A stretch of DNA of 64,000 bases, taken from Podarcis liolepis. Its lineage: Eukaryota. A program made the position numbers and the translations under genes. The DNA is taken from assembly GCA_965112155.1 (NCBI GenBank), contig OZ218110.1. One strand, written 5' to 3'. A model generated the notes under the pieces. The model was not told the DNA's origin and ran no database searches. It saw nothing but the letters and a program-made list of their open reading frames with translations. This document shows positions 12,901-20,545 of the stretch, one piece after another. Positions within the stretch are counted from its first letter, which is position 1, and each line of letters begins with the position of its first letter.

Positions 12901-15900
12901 CTCGACCAATTTATTTATAGATTCTGTATTCTGGTTTAATCTTGCTGAAATTTCTGTTAATTTTAGTGTGTTCTCTGAAGTCTGTTTTGTCAAAGACTCC
13001 AGAGTTTGGTTTATCTTGAGCAGAGCATCTGTCACAGCTTCCATAGAGACGGCTGCTCCTTTGTCTTGTCCTGTTGTTCCTGCTGATACGGCTGTTGCGC
13101 CTGAAATTGAGCCTCTTTTCTTTACCTGTTGCTGCTGCAGCTGTTGTTGTTGATGTTGCTTGGTCTTGGCTCTTGTGACTATCTCTTCTTGTGAGCCACT
13201 CATGTCAAGGTCAATTCCCACGGGATTTATTCTCCCTTGGAAAATTCCACTATCAGGCTGTGCCGGACTTTACTTTGTCCTCTAGAGGGAGCAAATCAAA
13301 ATGGCCATAGAACAAAATTCCAAATACAAAAACAGAGGAGATTATCCAGGATATAAAACAAGAGATTCACACAGTCAAAGTCAGTATTGCTGAAAAACTT
13401 GTAGCTTTAAACTGCCACAGTTGTCCAGTTTATACTGTTTCTTCTTGTATTATACAGTAGCTAGGCACTGTGGAAACTTTGTATCAGAGTATCACTTCAC
13501 AGGGAAAAGTCAGTTCAGTGTGCTAAAAAGGCAGACCGTTTCATGCTTTCAGATGGGTGAGATGGCAGAGGTTTTTTACTTCCAATAGATCATGCAGTTA
13601 TTAATCCAATTCACCTCCCCTCTGCCCTGCTAGCTAGAGGGGAGATCAAAGGTCCAAATGTCCGGTTTAACTGATTAAAGAACGGGTTTAAACGGATGCA
13701 AGTTTAGAGCTCCGTTGCTTTCACTTGCAGTCGGGGGGAGGCAGACTTCCTTTGTTTAGATCTCCCCCGTTTTTAGTCCAATTTTTAAAATTTAAAGGGT
13801 CCCGATTATTTTTCAGCTCTTACTCACGGGAATTCAGTCCAAATTTTCTTTTCAGGAAGGAATCGGCGCTCTCCGCTTATGGCGACGCGGCTTCACTTTG
13901 CAGGCTGGGTAGCGACTCTCAGCACCGCGCTCTCTCCCGATGTCGATCCGTAGCCTTTAAAAAGGCTCTTTCACGGTACCGGGGGGCGCAAAGGTGCCCA
14001 CCGAGTCTCCTTGTTCTCAGGCTTCAGCGCCTGGGATTTTAGGGGTCCCCCGCTTGCCGTAGCGGGTAAGACCCGAACTTGCGAAGCAGTCCTTCTCCGG
14101 AGCTCGGAGCTAGGACCGCCATTAAGCGCTGGCACCGACCGGAAGTCGCTTTTTACCCCACTATATGTGCCACTTCTGTATGTTGTGTATTGAGTCAAAG
14201 GATTTTATATCTGTATTAGTATTGTCTGTATTTGCATTAGGGTAAAGTAACTGCCTTTTGGTTTCAGAGGGTACAGCTACTATTGGTTCATTTAAGCTGC
14301 TGTATTTGGATCCTCTGTCTTATTGGTTTCCTCCAAAAGGCAGGACTGTGATTGCCTGATATTGTTCCCTCCAATATGTATCCTTTCTAGCTAGTCCCCT
14401 GTCCCTATAAATGTAGCTTTCCCCTCCTCAGTCTTCAGTCTTGTTTGCTTTAATAAAGAAGTGTTACTAGAGAACTGTCTCCAGCATATTATGTCAAGAG
14501 AGCTGAAATCACAAACCCCACGTCACAACAACGTACATATGGATCATTTCGCCAGTGTGGTGTAGTGCTTAAGAGTGGTAGACTTGTAATCTGGTGAACC
14601 AGGTTCACGTCTCTGCTCCTCCACATGCAGCTGCTGGGTGACCTTGGGCCAGTCACACTTCTTTGAAGTCTCTCAGCCCCACTCTCCTCACTGAGTGTTT
14701 GTTGTGGGGGAGGAAAGGAAAGGAGATTTTTAGCCACTTTGAGACTCCTTCTACTTGCGGGATATCAAATCCAAACTCCTCCTCCTCCTCCTCCTCTTCT
14801 TCTTCTTCTTCTTCTTCTTCTTCTTCTTCTTCGCACCATTAGTCCTCCTATTTACTATTAAATCACCTGATATTGGATATTTGATAAATTCCTCAAAACA
14901 ATATCATAATATTAAACTCTTCCTATCTCTTTGCATAGGTGCCACCGCTTTCTCTATGTAATGCCAACTGCCATCCTGGTTACGGGAAGAAAAAGAAGGA
15001 GGGGGAGAAGTTTTGCTGCTATGATTGTGATCCATGTCCAGAAGGAATGATTTCAAATGAGAAAGGTTAGAGATGACATCTTAAGATACTGCTGAACCTC
15101 TGGGCTCCTGGCAATTTTATTGACATTAAATTGTTGCAGGAGAGAAGGCTTAAATTAACAGATGTGTTCTTCTCATTGTTTATAGATAACATCAATATAT
15201 TTTAATCTTTAAAACATCTTGAAAATTTCTTTTTTAAGTGGAAGCTAATATATTTTACCTCCAACTTCAACGAAATTAGGGTGGACTAAAAGTGGTGTTT
15301 TCTCCTGTAAGAATTAGGTTGTTTGACAATAGGGGGAAACTCTTATCAAACTCGCTTTTCTGAGATCCAAAGATTTCAACTGTAATGCATTTCTCATTTT
15401 GTTGTACTGTTTATGTGGCTCTAAGAAAAAGCAGGGAGACAGTAAAAAAAAAAAGATGTCACCCATGTAGAAAATTCCAGAATTGATACACGTTTTATTT
15501 TAGATACACCTAGTACAAAAGCATGCTACAAGAACTTAGTCTGCTACAAGAACCTTTTCTTTTCCCTTTCCCCCCTCCCCCCTTCCTTTGCCATTCGTTT
15601 TAGTCCATTGTTTCACGATAATATTTAAGCTTTTGCTTGCTTACTCTTAGATGTTTGATTGTTGTTCTCCTGCTGATTAGGTTTTTTTCTTCCTTTATGT
15701 ACGTTATATGGTAGTTCTGTTTAGCTGTGGAATGTTTTGGGGTTTATTTTTGATTTAATTAATTGGATTGTCTAATATTATAATAGTAGGCTGACAAAGA
15801 ATATACCGAATTTTTCGCCCGATAGGACGCACTTTTTCCCCTCCAAAAATGAAGGGGAAATGTGTGGGCGTCCTATGGGGCGAATGCAGGCTTTCGCTGA

Positions 15901-18900
15901 AGCCTGGAGAGCGAGAGGGGTCGGTGCGTACCGACCCCTCTTGCTCTCCAGGCTTCGGACAGCCCCGTCGCCAGCCCCGCAAACTCGGGGGACAGCGGGA
16001 GGCGCAGCGCACCTTTCCCGCTGTCCCCCGACTTGGTTAGAAGGCTGGCGGGGGGGGGAGAAGCGGACTGTGGGCTGGGGGGGAGGGGTTGCATTATTCA
16101 TCCGGGAAGATTGTTCTTTCAGGGCTCTACCATCACCATCAATCCCCAGCATTGAATGTGTTGGCCTCTCCGAGGAGAGCTTGGCTGTCTGGCTGGTGTA
16201 CTGGCCACCTAGCGCACCAGCAGCCACCCTGTCAGGCCTACTGGAGGCGGTGGTCAGCTGGGCCTTGGAGTTCCCTAACCTATTGGTATTGGGGGACTTC
16301 AACATCCATGCTGATGCCACTCCCTCCTCACAGGCTCTGGACCTGGCGTCTTCCATGGCAACACTAGGGCTCTCCCAGTTTGTTTCGGGTCCCACACATC
16401 AAGCAGGCCACATGCTGGATTTTATCTTTGGTGTCGGTATAGGTGTGATCATGTCTCCTTCAATGAAGGTGCCATGGTCTGATCACTACGCTCTGAAAGC
16501 CAGGATTGACATTCCACCCCCACCCTGCTTAGGTGGTGAGCCGATTTGGGCTCACCCACAGAGGCTGATGGACCCTGATAGATTCCGTCAAGCCTTGCAG
16601 GACATTGCTCCCCCTGGCGACTCATTGACTGAGCTTGTTGAGGGCTGGAATATCCAGCTCCTGGCAGCCATCGATGAGATCACACCTAAGCGCCCTCTTC
16701 AACCCCAGAGAAACCGGGCTCCCTGGAAATGGAGAAACCAGGCGGCTAGAGCGAGTATGGCGGGGTGCCCGTGATGGAGCCTCAAGAACATCTTATAGGG
16801 TTTTTATGAAAACCTACAAGATGGCAGTAAAGGCCGCTAAGAAGCCTTACTTCTCGCCCTCCATTGCATCTGCTAGCTCTCGCCCAGCGCAATTATTCAG
16901 TATAATTAGGTCTTTAACATCCCTGGAGGGACAGCCAAATTTAAATAACAATTTGACACACAGCTGTGAGGCATTTGTGAGCTTTTTTGCGGAGATGGTC
17001 CTGTTGCTCCGCCGTGACCTCCCTGCCAATTTGGATACAAAATGGAACTGGAGGCCCCTCGACTGTCCTCAGGTCCAGTATTGGACCACTTTGACTGGAT
17101 ATCCCCAGCCGATGTGGGGGTCCTCCAAGCTGGAAAGCCCACCACCTGTCCTCTTGACCCGTGCCCGTCCTGGCTGATTAGAGCTTGTCCAGACGAGGTA
17201 TGGGCCCCCCTAGAGGATATCATCAATTTGTCCCTTGGCACCGGGACATTCCTAGGGGTGCGCCCGCTCTTAAAGAAAACATCATTAGATCCTTTAGATC
17301 TATCCAATTACCACCCGGTTTCAAATCTTCTGTTCCTGGGTAAGGTGATTGAGAGAGCGGTTGCTGAACAGCTTGGTGGGTTTCTGGATGAAACATCAGC
17401 TCTGGATCCATTCCAATCCGGCTTCCATGCTGGTCATGGGACCAAGGCGGCTCTGGTCACCCTAACAGATGATCTCCGCAGGCAGCTGGATCGAGGCGGG
17501 TCAGGGCTGCTGATTCTTCTAGACCTGTCAGCAGCCTTTGACATGGTCGATCACGAATGCCTTGCCGACGTGGGGATCCAGGGCAAAGTCCTTCAATGGC
17601 TGCGCTCGTTTCTCTCTGGTTGGGGACAGAGGGTGGCGCTTGGGGGGGAACCACTCCTTGGTGTGCGGAGCCACTCCTTGGTGTGTGGAGTGCCTCAGGG
17701 TGCGATACTCTCCCCGATGCTTTTCAACATCTTTATGCGCCCCCTCGCCTAGCTTGTCCGGAATTTTGGGTTGGGCTGCCATCAGTATGCTGATGACACC
17801 CAACTCTATATGTTGATGGATGGCCATCCTGACTCGGCCTCAGACACACTGATCAGATGTTTGGAAGCTGTGGCTGGATGGTTACGTGGGAACCAGTTGA
17901 AGTTACATCCTTCAAAGATAGAGGTCCTGTGGCTGGGTCGGGACGATATGGGATTGGGGGGGCAACTCCCATCTCTTGCGGGGGCGCAATTAGTGCCAGC
18001 ACTGTCCGTTAAGAGTTTGGGTGTAATCTTCGACACCTCCCTTTCCATGGAGGCGCAGATTGCAGCTATAACAAAGGCGGCATTTTTTCATCTCCGCCAA
18101 GCTAAGCAGTTGGCTCCTTACCTCTCTCACCCTGACCTAGCCACTGTGATTCACACGATGGTCACCTCCAGACTGGATTATTGTAACTCGCTCTACATGG
18201 GGCTGTCCTTGACACTGAGCCAGAAACTCCAGCGGGTGCAGAATGCTGCAGCGAGACTCCTTACGGGGTCCTCGCTGCGAGATCACATTCACCCAGTGCT
18301 ATACCAGCTGCACTGGCTCCCAGTGGAGTACAGGATCAGGTTTAAGGTGCTGGTTTTAACCTTTAAAGCCCTATATGGCCTAGGACCCTCATGCCTACGG
18401 ACAGCCTCTCCTGGTATTTCCCACAGAGGAACTTATGGTCTTCAAATAAAAACATCTTGGCGGTCCCAGGCCACATAGAGGTTAGACTGGCCTCAACCAG
18501 AGCCAGGGCTTTTTCAGCTGTGGCTCCTATCTGGTGGAACGCTCTGTCACAAGAGACTAGGGTCCTGCGGGACTTGACATCTTTCTGCAGGGCCTGCAAG
18601 ACAGAGCTGTTCCACCAGGCCTTTGGCCAGGACACAACCTTACTCCCTCCTTTGGCAATCTTCAGAGAACTCTAACCCAATGGTTCCCATTAATTTGATT
18701 TGAATTAATTTTATAATGAAATGATTTTAGAATGTTGTATTATTTTAGTGTTGTTAGCCGCCCTGAGCCCGGCTTCGGCTGGGGAGGGAGGGATATAAAT
18801 ACAAATTTATTATTATTGCTATTGTTATTGTTATTTGGACTTGAAGCTCTCATACATTCTGACGTAGAAAACACTATGTTAAAAGGGCTAGTGATGTGAA

Positions 18901-19888
18901 ATTCTTAAGAATACTTTTGGTTACTTCAAATTGAAGTAACATCAATTTGTTACTTCAAACAATATACATTGTTTGTGTATTTTCAGACATGGAAACATGT
19001 GTCAGTTGCCCAGCAGATCAGTATCCAAACAGCGGCCAGGATCTTTGCATTCCTAAGATTCCAAACTTCCTAGTCTTCGATGAAACCTTAGCCATTGTTT
19101 CAACTTCCTCTGTGCTTCTATTCTCTCTGATCACAATTCTGGTGCTCAGCATCTTCATTAAGCATCGCAATACAGCCATAGTCAAAGCCAACAACCGAAG
19201 CCTCACCTACGGTCTCCTTATCTCCCTCCTCTTGTGTTTCCTCTCTTCTTTGCTGTTTATCGGAAAACCTAATATGGTGACCTGCCTTCTCCGACAAACT
19301 GCTTTTGGCATTGTCTTCTCTGTGGCCCTCTCCAGCATCTTAGCCAAAACCATACTGGTGGTTTTGGCATTCATGGCTACCAAACCAGGCTCCAATATGA
19401 GGAAATGGGTAGGCAAAGAACTGGCTTATTCCATTGTCTTTTCCTGCTCCATTGTTCAAGTAGGGATCTGTGTCCTCTGGCTGGCAACCTCTCCCCCATT
19501 CCCAGATGTGGACATGCACTCAATGCCTGAAGAAATCATATTTCTTTGTAATGAAGGGTCAGTCTCCATGTTCTATTGTGTTTTGGGCTACATGGGCTTC
19601 CTGGCCACTATCAGCTTCACGGTGGCCTTCTTAGCCAGGAAGTTGCCTGACACTTTCAACGAAGCCAAGTTCATCACCTTCAGCATGCTCGTCTTCTGCA
19701 GTGTTTGGCTCTCCTTCATTCCAACCTACCTGAGCACCAGAGGAAAATACATGGTGGCTGTGGAGATCTTCTCCATCTTTGCTTCCGGTGCTGGGTTACT
19801 GGCTTGCATTTTCACCCCTAAATGCTACATTATTGTGTTGAGGCCTGACCTGAACAACAGAGAGCAGCTAACACAAAGAAAGGTATAA
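1000..19888 (+). CDS. Vomeronasal type-2 receptor (V2R-1), six exons: 1000-1235, 1760-2051, 4452-5333, 6663-6890, 14939-15065, 18987-19888; 888 aa, intact
   Basis: GT-AG junctions were read at every exon and the phases are compatible (236+292+882+228+127+902=2667 nt). The product has a signal peptide, Venus-flytrap motifs ([54 protein letters not shown]), a Cys-rich domain ([11 protein letters not shown]) and a class C 7TM region ([36 protein letters not shown]). Confidence 0.93.
2823..4168 (-). mobile_element. Non-autonomous, non-coding retroposon (probably L1-mobilised), 1.35 kb
   Basis: A perfect 19-bp TSD, AAATGCTCCCCTATTCTTC, lies at 2804-2822 and 4169-4187. There is an AATAAA and A-rich 3' end on the - strand. 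The element is absent from paralogous intron 2. Confidence 0.75.
5656..5806 (-). mobile_element. Penelope-like element terminal fragment with a short inverted piece
   Basis: The - strand reads ...GAAAGCTTATACCAAGAACTAACTTAGTTGGTCTTTAAGGTGCTAC...GCAGACCAACACGGCTACC, a typical squamate Penelope pseudo-LTR. An inverted repeat pairs about 5690-5712 with 5786-5808. A 13-bp flanking duplication TTACCTGTCCAGT lies at 5643-5655 and 5807-5819. The fragment is absent in the paralogs. Confidence 0.75.
5746..5781 (-). ncRNA. Minimal type I hammerhead ribozyme motif (Penelope-associated, stem I degenerate)
   Basis: The - strand reads AU-CUGAAGA-A-GUGUG-CAUG-CACAC-GAAA-GCUU-AUAC: both catalytic boxes, stem II and a palindromic AAGCUU stem III region. 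Confidence 0.55.
7387..8106 (+). mobile_element. Solo LTR interrupted by a SINE
   Basis: Termini are TGTTG...CAACA, with a 5-bp TSD ATACT (7382-7386 and 8107-8111) and TATAAA at 7901. The site is empty in the paralogs (about 29461-29480). Confidence 0.75.
7513..7853 (-). mobile_element. Sauria (Squam1/POM-type) SINE, slightly 5'-truncated
   Basis: The - strand has a tRNA-derived head (GATCAGAAGGTCGGCAGGTCGAAT), the body AGCAGTTCGAAAGCACGTCAAAGTGCAAGTAGATAAATAGGTACC and an (ACCTTT)n tail. An 8-bp TSD GCTGTTAA lies at 7505-7512 and 7854-7861. Confidence 0.9.
8439..12170 (-). CDS. L1 ORF2p: APE endonuclease, reverse transcriptase and CCHC zinc knuckle (1243 aa)
   Basis: Endonuclease motifs SWNCNGL, LQETH, GDMN, RIDQ, SDH; RT motifs [33 protein letters not shown]; zinc knuckle CWKC-x8-H-x4-C. 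The ORF is uninterrupted. Confidence 0.96.
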   Translation of the reverse strand: MALQFLSWNCNGLNGPLKRRQVFHILNREQLDLICLQETHITRAHRRLLINKRLGQEFISSDKVKKRGVVIYVKEKWAPKMIFKDEQGRYLAVEIQIQGEKFLVVGIYAPNEGKSDFFKRLHETLNDYLDYNMIIMGDMNGVVSTNMDKAQRLTVSKEGRLPKTFFEMTENMDLIDIWRTRNPLEREGTFFSQAMMTWTRIDQIWVTSGMAPKIKKVEICPKTCSDHNAVKMEMKLTITGQFRWRMNDSLFQDKEILTKAQKTLKDYFEINLRTDVEKRVIWDASKAVMRGFLIQQNSIKRKKQNEKKEKILEMIKEGERKLRTKPKSQDILREIKLYQTQYMELMNQEIEWKIKQMKQKTFDSANKCGKLLAWQLKKRQKLNTVTSLEVDGKNISKPNEIRNCFLSYFKKLYTQGPQNEEDIDKFLGKYGLQNISHQSKMDLNQRISEQEIEAAIQNMQLGKSPGPDGLTSRYYKSLKEWLTQPLREVCNEILEGKRAPESWKEAYISLIPKSETEKTQLKNYRPISLLNVDYKIFADILAKRFKRVLMEKIHKDQAGFLPKRHLADNVRNVIDILEKLEVNINTKAVLIFVDAEKAFDNISWSFMRKNLHGMGVGQGFENGMAAIYSEQKAKLIVNNVVTEELKIEKGTRQGCPISPLLFISVLEVLLNMIRNDQQVKGVQVGAKHYKLRAFADDLVLTLQEPNTSTKKVLEIIQQFGQVAGFKLNKQKTKVLGKNLTDMEKEKFQEETGLTVVKKVKYLGVYLTSKNVNLYKDNYEKCWSEIKKDLEIWSNLKLSMLGRIAVIKMNVLPRMLFLFQTLQILDKMECFKRWHKDISKFVWQGKKPRIKFKILTDAKERGGFALPDLKLYYEAAAFCWLKEWMLLENTDILDLEGFNNTFGWHAYLWYDKVNSVFKNHIVRKALFNVWVRYKDLLENKTPRWVSPVEAKAVKKLNMEVGWPKYWEILEQDGDKFKLQSQEKLKHKVENWFQYRQIMEFFKQDRKVGFQVEKSKLETELLEPNTKNLSRMYNLLLKWNTQDETVKSAMIKWAQDVGHNIMSADWEWLWNTGIKFTACNALKENIMKMVYRWYMTPVKLAKIYHLPDNKCWKCKETEGTFYHLWWTCPKIKAFWEMIYNEMKKVLKCTFSKKPEAFLLGIAGQLVTKKDRAFFMYATTAARILIAKYWKTQDLPTLEEWQMKVMDFMTLAEMTGRIRDQRKEMVEEDWRKFKSYLKDHYKLNEC
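12175..13203 (-). CDS. L1 ORF1p (342 aa from the first ATG): coiled coil plus RRM/CTD-like region
   Basis: The ORF is open and lies immediately upstream of ORF2. It has a heptad-rich coiled-coil segment followed by [26 protein letters not shown] and IFKDIP motifs typical of L1 ORF1. Confidence 0.9.
   Translation of the reverse strand: MSGSQEEIVTRAKTKQHQQQQLQQQQVKKRGSISGATAVSAGTTGQDKGAAVSMEAVTDALLKINQTLESLTKQTSENTLKLTEISARLNQNTESINKLVEENATTRQIAEDAKATAGETQEKLEPIAKKVYEHDATLALWELQRKERNLKLRLIPENERDNLVEYLTREFADCWDLEEDEFKITTAFRLGKKQDRKTPRDCLITLRSKEERDKILRLHFEKALQIGNSAAQIFKDIPKYILDLRNFYKDLVLLLKKNSIRFRWEFPQGLSFDYKLKKVKIKSIQDKDKFLARYQEDLQKGTVDVLAEQRRALDILNLSIGQNPPPSEEEQQLGAVGGALGK
14181..14530 (+). 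mobile_element. Solo LTR (about 350 bp)
   Basis: Inverted termini TGTTGTG...CACAACA, two ATTGG boxes, TATAAA at 14406-14411 and AATAAA at 14452-14457. The TSD is degenerate and the element is absent in the paralogs. Confidence 0.7.
14551..14832 (+). mobile_element. Squam3-type tRNA-derived SINE with a (CCT)n(TCT)n tail
   Basis: A-box TGGTGTAGTGCTT, B-box-like GGTTCACGTC, core GCTGGGTGACCTTGGGCCAGTCAC, and an L2-like end GCGGGATATCAAATCCAAACTC followed by a trinucleotide tail. Confidence 0.85.
15806..16065 (+). mobile_element. Left half of a Tc1/mariner (Tc2-like) MITE, same family as 50914-51604
   Basis: TA followed by CCGAATTTTTCGCCCGATAGGACGCAC...CTCCAAAAATGAAGGGGAAATGTGTG matches the left end of the complete copy. 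No right TIR was found. Confidence 0.75.
16066..18833 (+). mobile_element. 5'-truncated L2-clade LINE with a frameshifted or stopped ORF2
   Basis: Endonuclease motifs ([28 protein letters not shown]) and RT motifs ([46 protein letters not shown]) are split over several frames. A 3' stem-loop and a (TAT/TGT)n tail follow. Confidence 0.92.
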
Positions 19889-20149
19889 ATGACATTGGAA
19901 TTTGTGGTTCTGTTGGGTCTTAGAATACATGGACTTGCTGGCGGGTATCACTTTATGAGTCCCTACTCCGGATATGTGCAGAGTTTGCTCCTTACCTTTT
20001 TCTTCTCCTGCATTCCCATGGGTGTCCCACATTTCTGCTCAAAGGGCTCTGTTTTTTGTCTGCCAAAGATGTCCTAGAGGCAATGGGTACAGATTTTTCC
20101 TCAGGTTCTACTCCCAAAGCCTTTTTCACAAATGAGTAATGCTGTAAAG

Positions 20150-20545
20150 CAGTGGAGGTTTAGGTTCAAAGTTTCCTTCTCCTAGGTGGGCTCCCTTCTT
20201 AGGTTTACGAAACCCATCTGCCCCTCATTTCCCTCTACAGCACCTACAGTAGCCACCTTTTTAAGCATTGAGCCCACTTTTGCTCTCATCTGCTATATCC
20301 TGTCTTTGCATGCAGACAAATTCCATAACTCACTGAGTATTTGAGGCCCATTGGCTGCCCTCACCTGGTTTAGGGAGCCAGTTGAATCTGTTTTGTGGGA
20401 TGTGGCTGCTGTTGCATGCTGACAACGTCTAGGAGCCACAGGTGAGAACTGAGTGCAGGGTGGGGATGTGAGGTAGTCAAACTACCCTAGAAGGAGCACG
20501 ACTTGTTCCCCGCTAGAGTTACTACCCCTCCCTAACACTTCATAC
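20150..20545 (-). mobile_element. Degenerate interspersed repeat, probably the 5' region of an RTE-type retroelement (copies at about 31495-31895 on - and 56147-56357 on +)
   Basis: The motif CTCACCTGTGGCTCCTAG...CAGCATGCAACAG...CTAAACCAGGTGAGGG occurs three times in the window and in both orientations. Confidence 0.55.

Larger units (their letters stand above)
8168..14147 (-). mobile_element. Full-length LINE-1 (about 5.98 kb) in V2R-1 intron 4, antisense to the host gene
   Basis: A perfect 19-bp TSD GCTTTTTACCCCACTATAT lies at 8149-8167 and 14148-14166. Poly(A) and AATAAA (8186-8191) are at the 3' end. The CpG-rich 5' UTR starts GACTTCCGG...TAATGGCGG. Both ORFs are intact. Confidence 0.97.

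Noticed and set aside
15066-18986. A possible extra exon (e.g. an Ig-like insert) within the V2R cysteine-rich domain
   Set aside because: Exons 5 and 6 join in frame to a continuous CRD ([17 protein letters not shown]); the extra intron length in V2R-1 is TE-derived.
19889-20077. An ATG directly after each V2R stop opens MTLEFVVLLGL...LLLTFFF, superficially like an OR N-terminus
   Set aside because: The spacing does not match ORs, no GN or PMY motifs follow, and copy 2 has a deletion within it. It is most likely chance similarity in the 3' UTR.
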